The notes: generated by a model from the sequence alone, not told the origin. Numbered from the stretch's first letter, positions 36,201-44,900 are shown. The stretch is 64,000 bases of DNA from a bacterium (GCA_046757165.1 JBHHXT010000001.1:1-64000); one strand, 5' to 3'. Translations and numbers: made by a program.

Positions 36201-38724
36201 CGGCATCATTGGCAAGCACGGTGATGTCCACGGCCTGGTTGCTGTTGGTGGCGGCCGCATCATCATTCGCACCGGGTGCAGCATTGACTCGCACGACCAC
36301 GGTTGTTGGATCTGAAAATGCGCCATCATCATCCCGAACCAGGTAAGTAAACTGGTCTGTGCCGAAAAAGCCCGAGCTCGGGATGTAGGTGACTCTGCCA
36401 TCGGGCTTGCTCAACGTCGAGCCATGATCCCCGGAAGAAGCGAGAACAGAAGTGGTGTCGATCACGCCGTCCACATCTGTGTCATTGGCCGTCACGAGAA
36501 TGTCGACAGGGACATCCACCTGCGTGAGAACACTGTCGCCGTTTGCCCGCGGGGGGTCGTTGATCTGAATGATGGTGATGGTCACCGTCGCGGTGTTCGA
36601 GGGTGCCGCATCATTATCCTTGACGTTGTAGGTGAAAGAATCCGTGCCAGCGGAGTCCGGCGCCGGCGTATACGTCACCACACCGGTGGTCGGATTCACA
36701 ACCGTCGTACCTTTGTCGGGCGGGTCGACGATCGTAACCGTCGTCGCATCGATGCTCCCGTCAGTGTCCGTGTCGTTGACAGTCACGTTGATTTGCGCGG
36801 AGGAATCTTCGTTCAACGTGGCACTGTCATCCCCTGCAATCGGCGGATCGATGACATTCGATACGATAACCGTAACAATGGCTTGGTTGGAGACGCCTCC
36901 GCTGTCGTCTTTTACCGTGTAGGTAAAGTTGTCAGTACCGTTGAAATTCGTGTTCGGAGTGTAGGTGACAATGCCCGTGGTCGGATTCGGCGCCGCATTG
37001 CCATTGGCCGGCGGGCTGACCACGGTGACCGTTGTCACGTCCAGCTGCCCGTCTGGATCGCTGTCATTAGCAAGAACGACGAGACTGACTGGCGTGTCTT
37101 CGCTGGTGAAGCCGGCGTCATTCACAGCAGTGGGCGAATCATTGACACGAATCGCCACGGTCACAGCGTTCGCGTGCTGTCCGTCATCATCGGCAACAGA
37201 ATAATATAAGGTGTCCGGGCCTGAAAAGCCGAGGTTCGGAGTATAGGTGATTTCTCCGCTGATGGTGTTGAGACTCATCGTGCCATGAACAGGATCGATC
37301 ACAATTGCGACAGAAGATTTATCAAGGGAACCATCGGTATCCACGTCATTTGTCAGGACATCTATGGTGACAGAGGTTCCTTCATTGGTGGATGCCGAGT
37401 CCTCCACGGCCACGGGCGGCGAATTGGTAAAGCTCTTGAGATTGTGCAGATAGTTCTTGCTGGTTTTGTCACTCGCTACCACGACAATTCCGGAGGCGTT
37501 GGTCGCACACTGCTTCGTGGAGGTCGGATTATTGCTTTTCGAGTTTTGAAGACTCTTGATAAAGGGGGTTCCAAATCCGGGCGCAAACACGGGGTTGTTC
37601 AGGTGCGCGCTTTTCATGAAAATGGTTTTCGGCAGAAAAGCATCACTCTTGGCAAACACATAGACACTGTCGGTGTCCGTGTTGAGAACGGCGATCGGGC
37701 GCGTGCGGTCTTCGGTGACCGTCCAAACGGTGTGGCTACTCCAAGCCCCGTTCGACGGCGCCCGCTTTAGAAGGACAACACCGGGAGAAGAGGCGCCCGT
37801 AAATGAGGTTTTCACAACAGCAACTACCGTCCCGGTGTTGTTATCGCATGTGAGGTTCAAATGGTCATCTGCTGCTCTCCCGCCCGGGTCCTCCAGTGCA
37901 ACTTCCCGGCTCTGCCAGGTGGCGTCAGCGTCGCTGTCCAGGTGAACAGCAAAATAGTTTTTCTCATCCTCCTGATTTGACCATAAGATACCGACGCGAC
38001 CACCGCCAAAGGCAATAATGGCTGAAATGTCGTTCACATTCAAATCACTGCCCTGCACCGGTAGCCCAAAAGCTGTTCCCCAATTGGTGTCGCCGCCAAT
38101 CGTGCGATTAATCATGACTTTCAAGTTTGCCGTCCAGGTGACCCAGAGCTTGCCGTTGGAGTCTTTGGCGAGGGTCAGGGCACGTGTTCTCGCCGTGCCA
38201 GGGATGTCGGTGGGGAATCCGGTATCCAGGGCATACGTGTTTGAAACGGAATTGTAGGTAAATCGGCTCAGCGTCGCGACCTCTGACCCATGCGTGTCTT
38301 TGTGGGATTGCTTGGCTCGTGATGCGATGTAAAGGGTTTGCCCCTCTGAAAGCACATCCTGGCTTGAACGGGGCCGGCTATCTACCTCGGTTCCGGTGTC
38401 CGTCCAATCCTGAGTGGTCATATCCAGGCGGAAGATCTTGTACTTGTTGACGTCATTATCCCAGAAGGTGCCCCACCAGAAGCTATCGTGATACCATAGT
38501 TTGCTCTCTGGCTTCTCCTCCGTTGGCTCGCTCGTGACGTCGCCGCCGGTATAATTAAAATCTTTGTATCCAACCAGCACCGGTTCCGATTGGATGGTCT
38601 GCGCCAAAAGCCGCGTTGCGATGCACAAGAACGACATCAGCAACGTAAGAAAGTAGAGACTGTACTTCGTACAGGTCGTGCGCAGGCAGGGTCCAAAGGA
38701 AGATGCCAAACCAAAGATGCCCAT
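21286..38724 (-). CDS. Giant secreted surface protein, paralog B (5812 aa): head domain, ~46 Big_9/cadherin-like repeats, 5 DNRLRE/CBM96-like modules, T9SS-type/FlgD-Ig C-terminal domain
   Basis: 5812-aa ORF with AAGGAG RBS and signal peptide ending LLA|QT. Same motifs as paralog C; C-terminus NYPNPFNLET...SGIYFLRM...RKLTLQK. Confidence 0.95.
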   Translation of the reverse strand: MGIFGLASSFGPCLRTTCTKYSLYFLTLLMSFLCIATRLLAQTIQSEPVLVGYKDFNYTGGDVTSEPTEEKPESKLWYHDSFWWGTFWDNDVNKYKIFRLDMTTQDWTDTGTEVDSRPRSSQDVLSEGQTLYIASRAKQSHKDTHGSEVATLSRFTYNSVSNTYALDTGFPTDIPGTARTRALTLAKDSNGKLWVTWTANLKVMINRTIGGDTNWGTAFGLPVQGSDLNVNDISAIIAFGGGRVGILWSNQEDEKNYFAVHLDSDADATWQSREVALEDPGGRAADDHLNLTCDNNTGTVVAVVKTSFTGASSPGVVLLKRAPSNGAWSSHTVWTVTEDRTRPIAVLNTDTDSVYVFAKSDAFLPKTIFMKSAHLNNPVFAPGFGTPFIKSLQNSKSNNPTSTKQCATNASGIVVVASDKTSKNYLHNLKSFTNSPPVAVEDSASTNEGTSVTIDVLTNDVDTDGSLDKSSVAIVIDPVHGTMSLNTISGEITYTPNLGFSGPDTLYYSVADDDGQHANAVTVAIRVNDSPTAVNDAGFTSEDTPVSLVVLANDSDPDGQLDVTTVTVVSPPANGNAAPNPTTGIVTYTPNTNFNGTDNFTYTVKDDSGGVSNQAIVTVIVSNVIDPPIAGDDSATLNEDSSAQINVTVNDTDTDGSIDATTVTIVDPPDKGTTVVNPTTGVVTYTPAPDSAGTDSFTYNVKDNDAAPSNTATVTITIIQINDPPRANGDSVLTQVDVPVDILVTANDTDVDGVIDTTSVLASSGDHGSTLSKPDGRVTYIPSSGFFGTDQFTYLVRDDDGAFSDPTTVVVRVNAAPGANDDAAATNSNQAVDITVLANDADPDGPLDSTSVTIVTPPANGTTSISLSSGIITYTPANGFSGTDSFTYQVSDHDGGTSNTATVTVTVNALPIAFNDNATTAEETPVSITVTTNDTDSDGTVAPATVAVVQPPANGQASVNGAGVITYTPVVDFFGFDSLTYTVQDNDGAVSNQAKVFVTVTNINDAPTAVRDTVSTNEDTQTSFDATSNDVDPDNAIASTTLTLGTLPLHGQASVSPTTGAITYAPDLNFFGDDSLTYSVRDVDGAQSNTTTVLLQVVDVNDPPVAGDDSTTTNEDTAVDIDVKSNDSDLDGTLAQSTVTVVVVPTNGTTNVNPATGVITYLPGSNFFGTDSFQYTIQDDDSGVSNGATVTVKVNKQPIAVPDAPTTPEDTPVTIDVTANDVDLDGSIDVTSVSIITPPGFGTAVLAPATGVVTYTPGANFSGVDLFTYTVEDNDGALSLVTNVTVTITAVNDPPVAATDSASTNKNTPAIIDVAANDTDIEGTVDRTTILVVSGPANGSATVNPTTGVVTYMPAPFFFGPDSFSYTIKDDLGQPSAPGVVRVSVDGGNEPPIVAPDNATTAEDTPVNIDVIANDTDIDGSLDASSVTVTSTNNGSTTVNPTTGVVTYTPNPNFFGNDVFTYTVRDNLGAFSNPATVSVTVTAVNDPPSTGVDTFAGVEDVPMVLDVAANDTDIEGTVDTTSTAIVTPPTHGSAAVNPSTGRITYTPAVNFFGQDSLTYTIKDDLGAVSGQTKVFLNIANVNDTPVAVDDAVTTVEEGALAIDVTVNDTDPDGSLDVTTVTVVAPPANGSVTVDASLGTINYTPGLDFVGNDTLTYTVKDGAGAVSNTATVVVTVTPVNDSPVAVDDAVTTPEEAVLIISVISNDSDVDGSIDPGSVAIQSGPNHGSATVDFSNGAITYTPALNFVGLDTLTYSVRDNLGAASNVATVVISVTDVNDLPVAADDSATTPEDTQTVIDVAANDQDLDGTLDLTSVAIVLQPDDGSASVDPVTGAITYTPALNFVGLDTLTYTIKDDRGASSNEARVVVMVTPVNDAPSVVDDLAITDEEVAVTIDVLANDSDVDGTVVPGSVQIVREPSHGTRAINPATGAITYTPALHFAGKDTMGYTVQDDVAAVSIEARVVVTVSEINDLPVAVDDDTATAEETAVEIDVLGNDSDVDGTLVASSIVVASAPGNGTAVVNAGSGTITYTPALDFVGTDSFTYTVQDNSGGNSNSATVQVQVTPVNDPPVAVDDNATTAEETATEIAVTSNDTDVDGSVDASSVVLVDAPKHGSAALSAMPGAITYSPAIDFAGKDTLTYRVRDDAGTLSNTARVVITVTDENDAPVAVNDTITTAEDASIDIGVLANDSDVDGTLVPASVVLLSGPNHGTALVNTTTGTISYTPDSEFFGSDTMTYTVKDDLGLASNVATVFITVTSVNDPPLAQDDSGSTSEEATVELTVLVNDSDVDGTVNVSSVTIVRPPENGTATVNPSGSITYTPGPDFSGADSLDYTVRDDGTALSNVATVRISVTDVNDAPVAADDAVTTQEEIQIDINVTGNDSDVDGTVAVSTVALVRQPSNGSAAVNPGNGAITYTPRTDFFGVDTLSYRVADNLGALSNEAIVVITVQDVNDPPLAAEDNATTQEDVSVNIIVVDNDSDLEGTVDGTTVAVVQPPGHGSTSVNASTGVISYTPELNFAGIDTFSYTIRDDQGALSNEARAIVTVTEINDAPIAVNDTVVTSREVAVDISVLDNDSDVDGTLVTSSLFASLPGNGNVLIKPGGQIVYTPNSGFTGIDLFAYRIQDDDGALSNLATVRVVVTSTPIANNDIASTNENEAVAIEVTANDTDPDGSIDNSTVAITSAPGHGSATVNPTTGVVTYTPAANFLGSDSFTYTVEDNDARLSNAATVTVIVNALPVAVNDTTTTSEETAIAIDVTANDSDPDGNVVAGSVSVATQPGSGSAAVTGTGIITYTPGVDFIGVDTFTYTVQDDVGATSAPATVVVNVTGLNDPPVASPDVVATPEDTPVVINVAANDSDVDGSVVPTSVSVVSQPTNGTSSVDGTSGLVTYTPASNFFGTDSLEYTVKDNAGAVSNAAQVVITVTNVNDGPIAADDSAFTNQGSAVLVQVLANDTDSDGSIVAATVTVVSAPVNGGATVNNTTGIITYTPTQNLSEPDSLKYTVQDDLGALSNVATVYFVINGRPTAVNDAATTLEDTPVAVDVAANDTDPEGNIDVTTVAIATPPSSGSVQVDPATGGVTYSPPAEFSGVVTFTYTISDDQGLTSEPALISILVTDVNDLPVAGSDTSETNEDTPVVISILNNDTDSDGTLQPATVAILSGPASGSAAVDPATGGLTYTPNSNFFGVDSLRYSVRDDDNGASNQALVHVTVHPVNDAPVAVDDSETTSEDTPVAISITVNDTDVDGTVDVTSVAIVSPPASGTVAVDATTGVATYTPNANFSGADVFTYKLSDDQGLTSNTATVSVSVVEQNDVPVAMPDTAQTPEDTQMSINVLSNDSDSDGTLDASTVMVITAPANGQVTIDGTTGAITYTPASNFFGVDSLRYTVKDDLGATSNAATVLITVTPVNDPPVATDDSETTSEDTPVDIAVTQNDTDVEGSLNPGSVTIVSAPSSGTAQANGTTGVVTYAPSENFSGTDTFSYTVADNDGLVSDTATVSVSVVEQNDLPVAEDDTATTPEDVAVTLAVLANDSDSDGSVQASSVTMVAGPQSGSATVNTATGEITYTPSPNFFGVDSLRYNVKDNLGATSNDATVRITVTPVNDAPVAVDDSETTSEDIPVTISVTQNDSDIDGTLDVTTVAVTSGPFSGAANVDPATGVITYTPNTNFFGNDTFTYTVADDAGLTSNTATVSISVVDQNDVPVALDDSVETAEDTGITIAVLANDSDSDGSLDAATVTVLSGPDNGSVALSSGAIVYSPNTNFFGPDSFRYIVKDDLGATSNVATAHITVTSVNDMPVAQDDAATTTEDTPVAISVAQNDSDSDGTVDPGSVTVTSGPSSGTTSVDTTTGVVTYAPNLNFSGSDSFIYTISDNEAGLSNPATVSILVGEDNDSPVAVNDTVTTDEDVAFVVSMLSNDSDSDGTLNLSTLTVISGPEHGSLTLNSVNGVATYIPNSNFFGADSFRYTVKDNSGLTSNVATVLITINAVNDAPLAADDSDATSEDTPVVIAVLANDLDVEGTLDPTSVAITSAPLSGTVQVNGTTGVVTYTPNLNFSGLDQFGYTVKDQDGLLSNVGTVSILVVEKNDGPVAVDDTVATPEDAAILISILNNDSDPDGSVNAASVAVVSGPHSGTASVNGASGEITYTPGTNFFGADSLQYTVKDDIGATSNVATVRLTVAPVNDSPQAIDDTTSTTVGNFVTINVLANDLDPEAAFNLSSVTVATPPSNGSATVNGTTGEVTYVPNSGFTGTDTFGYTVQDDGGLTANEATVTVTVTNPDGNLTFNFEPTDDAQVKLTNLVKNYGSKESSKIEAGIFVSYYKFNISGVSGPVQNVRLRLRIGDAPSDGGQVGGAVHLAANSFQGTATPWVEETLNGGNAPEVLGPALSTLAAVAPSTTVEFDITAAFSGDGTYSFCVQSSSGDRVRYYTKEGLVSPQMVIVVGSGGTSNQPPVAVEDSTTTPANTPVGISVLGNDSDSDGTLQPSTVAIATPPANGTAQVNLATGVINYTPAVGFSGTDTFTYTVQDDEGATSNQATVSVLVASGNTPPAAVADNGATSENTPVTLDVLANDTDDGTLVVSSVVVVTQPGNGTAVASVTTGEITYSPNNSFTGTDSFGYTVQDDGGLTSNEATVTVTVSATGGGTFTFEPTDDGQVKVTNLGKNYGLKSTTKVEAGKFVSYFKFSVTGLNTAVQSAIVRLQVTSDPGDGSDSGGAIHLVSNNFKGTSSPWVEETLNRGNAPEISSPVLSTVGAVSPNQFVEFDVSAAVNGAGVYSFCIQSNSGNQVKYYTKEGATAPQLIINGGAASNQAPVAVNDAAATDENTPVEVDVLGNDSDADGVLLPGSVTIVAFPLNGTATLNGTTGAITYAPDAGFSGTDTFTYTVRDDDGTTSNAATVTVEVTGTVGGQTLTFQPSDDAQVKVTDSGRNYGSKATMKVEAGKFISYLKFNVTGVSGTVQNALVRLRVTSGVSDGSDSGGAIHFVGNNFEGTALPWVEETLNSGNAPQINGAALHSMGAVTPNSLVEFNVTSVVNGDGVYSFCIQSSSGNQVKYYTKEGASLPELIVTTGGGGGTNQPPVAVNDQAATQSGTSVTIDVLSNDSDPDGNLTPSSVAIATAPSNGSAVVNPATGVVTYTSAAGFSGSVTFTYTVRDNDGATSNAGTVTVSVTGGNTAPVASNDNASTNSGTPVTIDVLANDTDESGLNAGSVTIVTPPANGSTTGNSGTGAVTYSPNAGFTGTDSFKYTVQDDGGLTSNTATVTVTVTSSGGGGQTFTFDSSEDGQVKTTDPGRNYGSKASSKVAANKFNSYYKFTVSGLTGTVQSARLRLFVTNGSVDGGSIFSVSNNFANSSLPWVEETLNAGNAPAITGSPLSSAGQVSVSSFTEFDVTLAVAGDGVYSFAISKTTPDLASYQTKEGANSPQLIIQTGGGGSPNNPPVAVDDQATTTAAAPVLIPVLANDSDADGALDASSVTIVTPPSSGTAIVNASSGIVTYTPDPGFIGTVTFRYTVQDDDGATSNQATATVTVNGGGGTQTFTFEPTDDGQVKVTDLGANYGAKGTTKVEASKFKSYLKFSVIGVTGAVQSATLKLRIPDGAGDGSDAGGSVFLVSNNFQGTSLPWVEETLKAGNAPEISGASLSTLGPVSPATFVEFDVTSAIGGNGVFSFAITSTSTNLVKYYTKEGAVAPQLIVQTLGTTAASQEETLAESFEMNNGSALPTAISLKPNYPNPFNLETTIEYDLPATARVEMIIYNARGQEVRKLVNETQQAGFRKTTWNGRNEAGIEVGSGIYFLRMKIGKAILNRKLTLQK

Positions 38725-38932
38725 AACGACTCCTTAGAACGTGTTAAGAGAATGTGACGACTAACGAACTTGTTAGGTCTGTGAAATCAGTTGTGGGGCA
38801 GGCAGTATGTTGTATCAAAAACAAAATCAAAATCTTATCAAAGCATAGCTTCTTATAAGGGATGTATACACCCGAAGGCAGAAGAGTGCAGAGAGAAATG
38901 TTAATGACTGTTAAGGAAAATAACCGACAGGA

Positions 38933-41900
38933 CTACTTTTGTAAGGCGAGCTTGCGGCAGAAAATCCGATTTCCGACCTCCAGGCGTAGAAAATAAATGC
39001 CTGACCCCACTTCGCGACCTGAATTGTCTCGACCGTTCCAGATCACTTTCTTGTGGCCAGGCGATTGCATGGCGTCCACTAGGCTGCGGACCTCCTGGCC
39101 CCGAGTATTGAAAATAAGGAGCTCGACCCGCTTTTCCTTCGGCATGGCATATTCGATGGTGGTCTCACCGTTGAACGGATTGGGATAGTTCGGGTGCAAC
39201 TCGAATTCCTCCGGCACGCCAATCGCTTGCGCCTGGCCATCGCCATCTTTGCGAGAGTTCAGCGTCAGCTCGTCAAGCTCAGATCGACTGGAAGTGGCGA
39301 TGAATTCAACCAGGAGCTCCGGCGAAATCGCGCCCTCCTTAGAGAGGTATTTTACCCGGTCCGTGGCTGTACTTTTGATTGCAAAACTGTAAGTGCCGTT
39401 TGCCGCAATCGCTTCAGAGACATTAAACTCCACCGTCGAATTCACAGAAACAGAGCCGGCGCTGCTCAACGGCTCGCCGGTGATTTCAGGCGCGTTGACT
39501 GCATTCAAGTTCTCCTCAACCCAGGGTGCAGAACCGCTGGCGAAATTGTTGGCGACCCGGTAGACGGCGCCGCCGTCTTTGCTGCCGTCGCTGCTGCCGT
39601 CGGAGACGCGCAGACGTAGCAGGGCGTTGGTGACCGTGCCATTAATGCCTGAAACACTAAACTTGAAGTAGGCCCTGAACCTGTCCTGCGCCACCTTCAC
39701 CGTTGTCTTGCTGCCATAGTTCTTCAAGGGCTCACTGACTTTCACCTGAGCATCGTGGGACGGCTTGAAAGTCAGCGTGGTAGCACCACCGGATCTGATG
39801 ACCTCGATGGTGACGGTTGCCACACTCGATTCAGCCCCATCATTGTCTCTTACCGTGTACGTGAATACATCTGAACCACTGAAACCGTTTGCCGGTGTGT
39901 AGGTGATCACGCCGGAATTCGGGTTGACCAGCAGGTCGCCGTTGGCCGGTTCATCGATAATGGCAACGGAGGAGATATCCAGGTGGCCATCATCATCGTG
40001 GTCATTAAAGAGAACGTCGATCACAGCGGCGATGTTCTCTGGCGTTGCAGTCTCATCGTTGACCGCAATTGGGCGTTGATTGCTACTGGCGGCGGCCACC
40101 TGAATGAACAATGCCGGTGGCGATATGCCTTCCTTTGTAAAGTACTTCACCCGGTTGGTGGACCCGCTTGCCAGCGCAAAACTGTACACCCCATCCCCTT
40201 GAATCGTCGCGCTCACATCAAATTCGACCACCGTGTTTGGACTGACTGCACCGGCTTTGTCAAGCAGAGACCCGGCGATCGCCGGAGCATTACCGGCGGT
40301 CAAGCCCTCCTCCTGCCAGGGCGTCGTCGACGCCAGATAGGTATTCGAAACAGAATAGAGTGACCCGCCGTCATCACCGCCGTCGCTCGACCCTTCGCTT
40401 GTGTGCAGCCGCAGTGTTGCATGCTCCACTTCACCGGTCAGGCCGCTCACCTGAAACTTCAAATAGAACAAGAATTTGTCGAGATCGAGCTTGGCGGTGC
40501 TTTTGCTGCCGTAGTTTTTGCCGGGTTCCGTTACTTTTACCTGGCCATCTTCAATCGACTGGTACGTGAAGGAGTCGTCCCTCCCGGCGCTGTTGACCGT
40601 TACAGCCACCGAGGCTTCGTTAGAAACAGCGCCACGGTCATCTTCGACCCGGTAGGTGAACTGGTCCGCGCCTGTGAAACCACTCGACGGCGTGTAGGTG
40701 GCAACACCGGTCGCCGAATTGAGCGAAACAGCGCCATGCGCCGGCAGCGTCCCGATGGTCACAGTCGCGGGTTCGAGCGTCCCATCACTATCCCTGTCAT
40801 TCGCCAGAATCTCAATGGCAACAGGCGTGTCCACCTCCGTTTCAGCTTGATCATTTTCAGCCACCGGAGGCAGGTTACTGGTTCCACCCATCGTGGTCTC
40901 AATGAAGAGCTCTGGTGGCTGAATCCCTTCCCTGGTAGAATATCTGATCAGATTCGTCGAATTGTTTGTCAGAGCAAAGCTATAAAATCCGTCGCCATTG
41001 ATCACGCTGGTGACATCAAACTCAACCAGGCTGCTCGGATTCACGGGACCCGCGCTTCCCAGAGCTATACCGCCAGGATCCGGGGCATTGCTCGCAGTTA
41101 AGCTGTTCTCGTCCCAGGGCATCGTCGTGTCCTTAAAGTCGTTTGACACCGAGAATAGCGAGCCGCCGTCATCCCCCCCGTCACTGGAGCCGCTGCCAAC
41201 GTGCAAACGCAAAAGAGCCTGCCGGACGCCGTTTTGCAGCCCGCTGACTTGAAACTTGAGATAGAAGATGAACTTGTCGAACTCGAGCTTGGCTGTTCCC
41301 TTGCTGCCGTAGTTCTTGCCTGGCGCACTGAGCTTGATCTGGCCGTCCTCAATCGGATGAAAAGTTACCTCTCCTCCAGCGGATCCGCCGTTCACCGTCA
41401 CAGTCACGGTTGCTGGAGCAGAGGTGGCTCCGTCATCGTCTTTCACATGATAGGAAAAGCCATCCTGCCCACTGAAACCATCTGCCGGCGAGTAGGTGAT
41501 ACGGCCGGTCGAACCACTGATGGAAACGGAGCCGTGAGCAGGTAGACTGACAATCTCTACCGTGGTCACGTCGATCGAGCCGTCACTGTCCGTGTCATTG
41601 GAAAGGACATCAATTTCAACAGGTGTGCCTGAGGAGGTTTCGGCGGCATCGTCCCCGGCCACCGGCGGCAGATTACCGCCGCCACCGGATGCGGTTTCGA
41701 CCACCAACTGTGGAGGATGCGCTCCTTCCTTTGTAAAATACTTTACCTGATTCATCGATTCGCTCGAAATTGCAAAGCTGTAGACGCCATCGTCAGCGAT
41801 GGCGCCAGTCACATCAAACTCAACCTCTGTTTTTGGAGACACAGCGCCGGCGCTCGCCAACGCTGCGCCGAATATCAGCGGGGCGTTTCTGGCCGTAAGC

Positions 41901-44900
41901 TCATCTTCATCCCAGGGTGTGGTAGTGTCTTGGTAGGTGTTTGATACCCCATAAAGTGATCCGCCGTCATCTCCGCCGTCGCTGGAGCCATCGGTCACTC
42001 GCAATCGCACCACCGCCCGCGCGACAGCACCGGCCAGGCCGCTCACGCGAAACTTTAGATACACGACGAATTTGTTTTGCTCAACTTTGGCCGTGCTCTT
42101 GGCGCCGTAATTGTTGTCTACCTCCGTCACCTTCACCTGCCCATCCTCGATGGAAACAAAAGTAGATTGGCCGCCACCGGGATTGCTGTTTACCGTCACC
42201 GCCACTGTCGCCTCGTTTGAAACCGTGTTATTATCGTCCCGCACCGTGTAGCGAAAGCTATCTGATCCCACAAAGCCACTGTCTGGCGTATAAGAAATCG
42301 CCCCGCTGCTGGCGTCCACGGTCGCACTGCCATGCGTGGGCGCAGTGGTGATTGTGACGGAAGAAAGATCGAGCGCCCGCTCTGCATCCAGGTCATTGTC
42401 TGTCACCGGGATAGTCACGGCTGTCCCTTCCTGCGTGCTTGCAGAATCCGCTTCCGCGAGCGGAGGATCATTCACGGCCTGAACCGTAATCGACACGGTC
42501 GCGATGTTGGAGCTGGCGTTCTCGTTGTCGCGGACAACGTAGGTGAAGGAGTCTTGCCCGGCATAGTCATCATCCGGAACGTAATTGACTCCGGTCGAGT
42601 GGACGATAGCGCTCCCATGCCCGGGTCCTGACCTGATGAGCACCGTTTCTGCCACCACGAGACCATCCAAATCAGTGTCATTGGCGGTTAAATCGATCGA
42701 GATCGGCGTATCTTCTTCTGTGACCACGGCGTCATCGTTGGCCACAGGTGGCACGTTTGACCCCACGAAAATCGTGACTGCCGCTTCATTGGAAGTAAAT
42801 CCGTCGAGATCCTTGACCGTATATCGCACCGCGTCGATGCCGTCGAAATTGATTTGCGGTGTGTAGTGGATCATGCCTGTGGCCGGATCGACAGTGGCCG
42901 AGCCATTGAATGGCCCAAGGAGCTTGACAACCGACCTGAGGTCGAGACCGGCGCCGTCCGGATCGAAATCATTCTGCAGAACGGCGATGTTCGCGCTGTT
43001 CCCGACTCCTGTGAAGGTCGTATCATCTCGTGCAACGGGTGGGCCGATGACGCGCACAACAACCGTTGCCGAATTAGAGACCTGGCCTCCTTCATCCCGC
43101 ACGGTATAGTGGAACCGGTCAAAGCCGCTGAAGCCTGCACTCGGCGAGTATCTGATTAGCCCGTTGCTTCCAACCGTACTTGCCTGACCGTTGACCGGAG
43201 GCGTGGCGATGGCCACCGTGCTCGCATCGATGGCATTGTCGATATCAAAGTCGTTGCTGATCACGGCAATATCGACAGGTGCTCCGAGGCCTGTCACGGC
43301 GCTGTCGTTGACGGCAATGGGCTTGTCGTTATCGCTCAGGACGATAATCAGCACGCCGGCGACCTGGGACGAGGCGTTTTCCTCATCGTGAATGGTGTAT
43401 CGAAAAGCATCCGAGCCGAAAAAATTAGCCTCGGGTGTGTAGCTCACAATCCCGGTCAGCGAATTCAGCACGATGGTCCCGTGCTCGGGTTGGCCTTGAA
43501 AAGCGATCGTGGCCGGTTCCACCCTGCCATCCACATCGAAGTCGTTCTCCAGAACCGGAATCTCGACCATCGTCTCTTCCTGGGTCATCACGCTATCGCT
43601 CACAGCGACCGGTGGGTCGTTCAGGGAGTTGACCGCCAGCGAAACGGTGGCCATGTTGGACAGAGTGCCGTCGTTGTCTCGGATGGAATAGGTGAAGAAA
43701 TCCAGGCCAAAGGTGTTGGCATCAGGAGAGTAGGTCACCACGCCAGTGACAGCGTTTATCTCCAGGGTGCCGTTCAATGGCCCTTCATGAATCTCAACCG
43801 TCGCGCGGTCAAGACTCCCATCCGGGTCGCTGTCATTGGCCGTTATGTTGATTGGAACAGGAATATCTTCGAAAGTCGTCGCAGCGTCGTCAACCGTCAC
43901 CGGAGGCAGGTTGACCCTGATCGTGATCAAGGCTTCGTTTGAGGTATTGCCTTTGTCGTCGTCGACTTTGTAGCCAATGAGCTCGGCGCCTGAATAGCCG
44001 GCATCTGGCGTGTAGGTGACAGCTCCATTGGTCGCATTGATGGAGATGGCACCGTTAAGGGGGCCAAACGTGGTTCTCAGGGTGGCCGCGTTGATCGTCC
44101 CGCCGTCCGGATCAAAATCATTGTCCAGCACAGCAATCGCAATCGGGGTGTCAGCGATCGTGATCGCCGAGTCATTCACAGCCACGGGGGGACCGATAAC
44201 ATCGATGGTGATCGTGGCCGGATTGGATTTCAGGCCCGAATCGTCACTCACGGTGTAGGTCAAAACCTCGGTGCCAAAGTTGCCCGTCTCAGGGCTGTAC
44301 GTTACGACCCCGGTGTGTGAATCGATATGAATGGTTCCGTTTGAAGGTGTTGTCGCAAGTGAGATCGTCTCTGGCAGCAAGGATCCATCCAGGTCCGTGT
44401 CGTTGGCGAGGATGTCGATGTCGACAACCACCCCCTCCTCAGTGACAGCGATGTCATCTGAGGCCACTGGCCTGGCAAGAACGAGAATCGCGACCCGGGC
44501 AGCATTGGAGGTCGCCCCGGCCGGGTCGTGGATCGTGTAGGTGAAGGTGTCGGTGCCAAAGGAATTGGGGCTCGGCGTGTACGTCACCTCGCCCGTGCTG
44601 TTGTTGACCGAGACCGTGCCGTTTGCCGGGAAGGTACTGATGGTGGGCACCATCTCCGCCACGTTGTGGTCGACATCGGAATCGTTACTCAGGACCGCAA
44701 GGGGTACCGCGGTGGCGTTGTCTGTTGTCGCCGAATCCGGAGCAGCGACAGGCGGGTCATTGAGTTCATTAACCGTGATCGTGACAATGGCCTCATTGGA
44801 GAGAGCGCCCTTGTTGTCGCTGATGCGGTACGTAAAAATGTCTGAACCACTAAAATCTGCATTCGGAGTATAGGTGACCACAGCTGACAGCGAGTTGACC

